Positions 16,801 to 17,339 of a DNA stretch of 17,339 nucleotides are shown here, in pieces (position 1 is the stretch's first letter; each line of letters opens with the position of its first letter). The stretch covers positions 1-17,339 of the forward strand of contig JAYUVP010000283.1 of NCBI GenBank assembly GCA_043753995.1. The letters run 5' to 3'. Origin of the DNA: Fibrobacterota bacterium (GTDB lineage Bacteria > Fibrobacterota > Fibrobacteria > UBA11236). The position numbers were made by a program, and so were the translations under genes. Below the pieces are notes generated by a model. That model was not told the origin of the DNA. It ran no database searches and was given only the letters and a program-made list of their open reading frames with translations.

Positions 16801-17339
16801 CGAAACCGGTATTGTAGGTGCGTTCGGCTTGCACCCAGTCGCCATCAAAGGTTTCGATTTCGCCCAAGGACGGCAAGGTGCCACTGAGAAAGGCATCGCG
16901 CACTATCATGTCGCGCTGGCTGTCCCAAAGGTCATAGCCCATTTGTTCGGCTTCGAATTGCGCTATGCCTTCGACATACCAGGTGGGCGCCACCAAGGGC
17001 AGGAAATAGGTCATGAATGACCAGTTCACCTCGCGATTAAAGGTATAGCCCCGAAGCAAGACATCGTCGAAGGCGGAAAGCGTGGCGGCTCGGCGCAAGG
17101 TGAAGACATGGGCCAATTCATGCGACACCACATTGCCTATCCAATTGGATCGCCCACGCATCACCCAATTGATATGCGGCACGTAAATTTCCACACGCGA
17201 AACGGTGTAGATGGCATTGCCATTGGCATAGTCGCCCGGATCGGCCAGGTAAATGTCGATGGGCTGGTAATCGCGGTAAGCATCATAGGCCTTGGCATAT
17301 AAAGGCCATACTCTCTCGGCCACGGCAAGCACTTCTCGC
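13874..17339 (-). CDS. Large outer-membrane protein, partial: peptidase MA-like (HExxH) domain, TolB/PD40-like beta-propeller and Omp85/BamA-like beta-barrel
   Basis: The frame is open to the window edge (>1152 aa). It contains SHELAH plus WYVEGIA, PD40-like AFSPDGK, EFSHDGK, PSYHP and PRFTPKG, and an amphipathic beta-strand C-terminal half with IGDAG and the terminal beta-signal FFIGLTMGVF. Confidence 0.8.
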   Translation of the reverse strand, partial: REVLAVAERVWPLYAKAYDAYRDYQPIDIYLADPGDYANGNAIYTVSRVEIYVPHINWVMRGRSNWIGNVVSHELAHVFTLRRAATLSAFDDVLLRGYTFNREVNWSFMTYFLPLVAPTWYVEGIAQFEAEQMGYDLWDSQRDMIVRDAFLSGTLPSLGEIETFDGDWVQAERTYNTGFAFLRYLKDRFGLEKVRRLAYPKPFFHFGGAVESTFGKSLDQLFSDWKKSLADIYAPFEDKAKDEFADARILGSFSQNLAFSPDGKTMAWLGNGDRHYALNWIYWMDIEKGKQGQSSQPANQGSASHSHALPADARAPHSATRLDARDFQPWNHSGSSPSQAIRKLAWSQGAPEKPDALSLARERSTEMGSSGLEFSHDGKRLLTTRNGRNSSYNDLWEYEFLANKSEDEKWHRLTWNERAGYPSYHPADDRVILFVQLAEGSSNVAVLDTLGRVQKLTHFRDGQQCYNPRFTPKGDSIVFTLGLGEKEAMVLISAKAAGYDPFEALRDSANFPDSLAMAKGESITFLTPFEIAAYRDLRFQGDTLLFSSNRKTGVYEAYAKLPNDTLLYRLTDARTQALEPLIHQGQLYYQGYDKQQFRLYRRPVALNAAGLWPKTTDTLSLMKQKRKDLGKVFESEEPYSRRVAWGIEPTITLAPRFIDDTTLSSINLDLGLNLAVGPITGGVSQALDAFVSKRLDRNTPMEYGGTYSGGLTYPGAWHTKHYWQPDINYSLSHIQQARIATMGDDFVNPFDGIDSVLVQGRTRLNQTYYTDMAFYSSSLPFSGLQAGPGTLLLGTYGRWYRRLMDVDIVNRYDQIPFHMQGNTRVYGTPFEPIVETLQIYRDAQIHRHFLSAVYGQWVTQSAGTPLPRAFVAFGSATKWWTNYATSDLEIGATVAGLFNKDREPFGIYLPMQESFNPWQMDAGVVGAWSQGENFLGMLSVDVGTFMQKFPQSRVRAHLASNGGDFDTTYVDNPDGNLWVMTYRLGLDRMPGYPYNFTYRGDDVLEGQAMFYSRLELDFPLKLRAQLPYPSPFSSLNQVQLSVIGDAGATFDKSPDQIYDILDKGEHHLLFDLGLRVSATFLMYHQIPMTAYFQVFMPFNELEAEGLYNLDYPRSTVIPIRFTPAQYVKDQADRNQYMKLVKEPRFFIGLTMGVF

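Noticed and set aside
502..17302. Many long antisense or alternate-frame ORFs (e.g. 502-909, 1026-1676, 2179-2802, 4734-5336, 9918-10463, 11090-11632)
   Set aside because: They are shadows of well-supported genes, expected from GC-rich codon bias, and show no recognisable motifs.

Overview
Bacterial genomic window, mostly coding and of moderate to high GC. A Fibrobacterota/FCB-group origin is inferred from the secreted GH5 cellulase and the T9SS-like C-terminal tails. From left to right: a partial orphan ORF, a VOC/PhnB protein, a YdeI/OmpD-associated protein, cyanase (cynS), a 6TM class III adenylate cyclase, a GH5 endoglucanase, then a lower-GC accessory patch (vapC fragment, GC-rich palindromic element, secreted orphan, ASCH protein, 7-blade beta-propeller with T9SS-like tail). 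After that come a sugar-modification block (AsnB-like, Zn-ribbon methyltransferase, lipoprotein, DegT aminotransferase) and a partial large protein fusing a HExxH peptidase, a TolB-like propeller and an Omp85-like barrel. The most striking observation is that the cyclase membrane domain resembles the CqsS/LqsS alpha-hydroxyketone quorum-sensing receptor, including apparent ligand-determining residues. This would make it a candidate natural autoinducer-gated adenylate cyclase; the comparison was made from memory and needs an alignment. I saw no CRISPR array, rRNA, tRNA, transposase or integrase.
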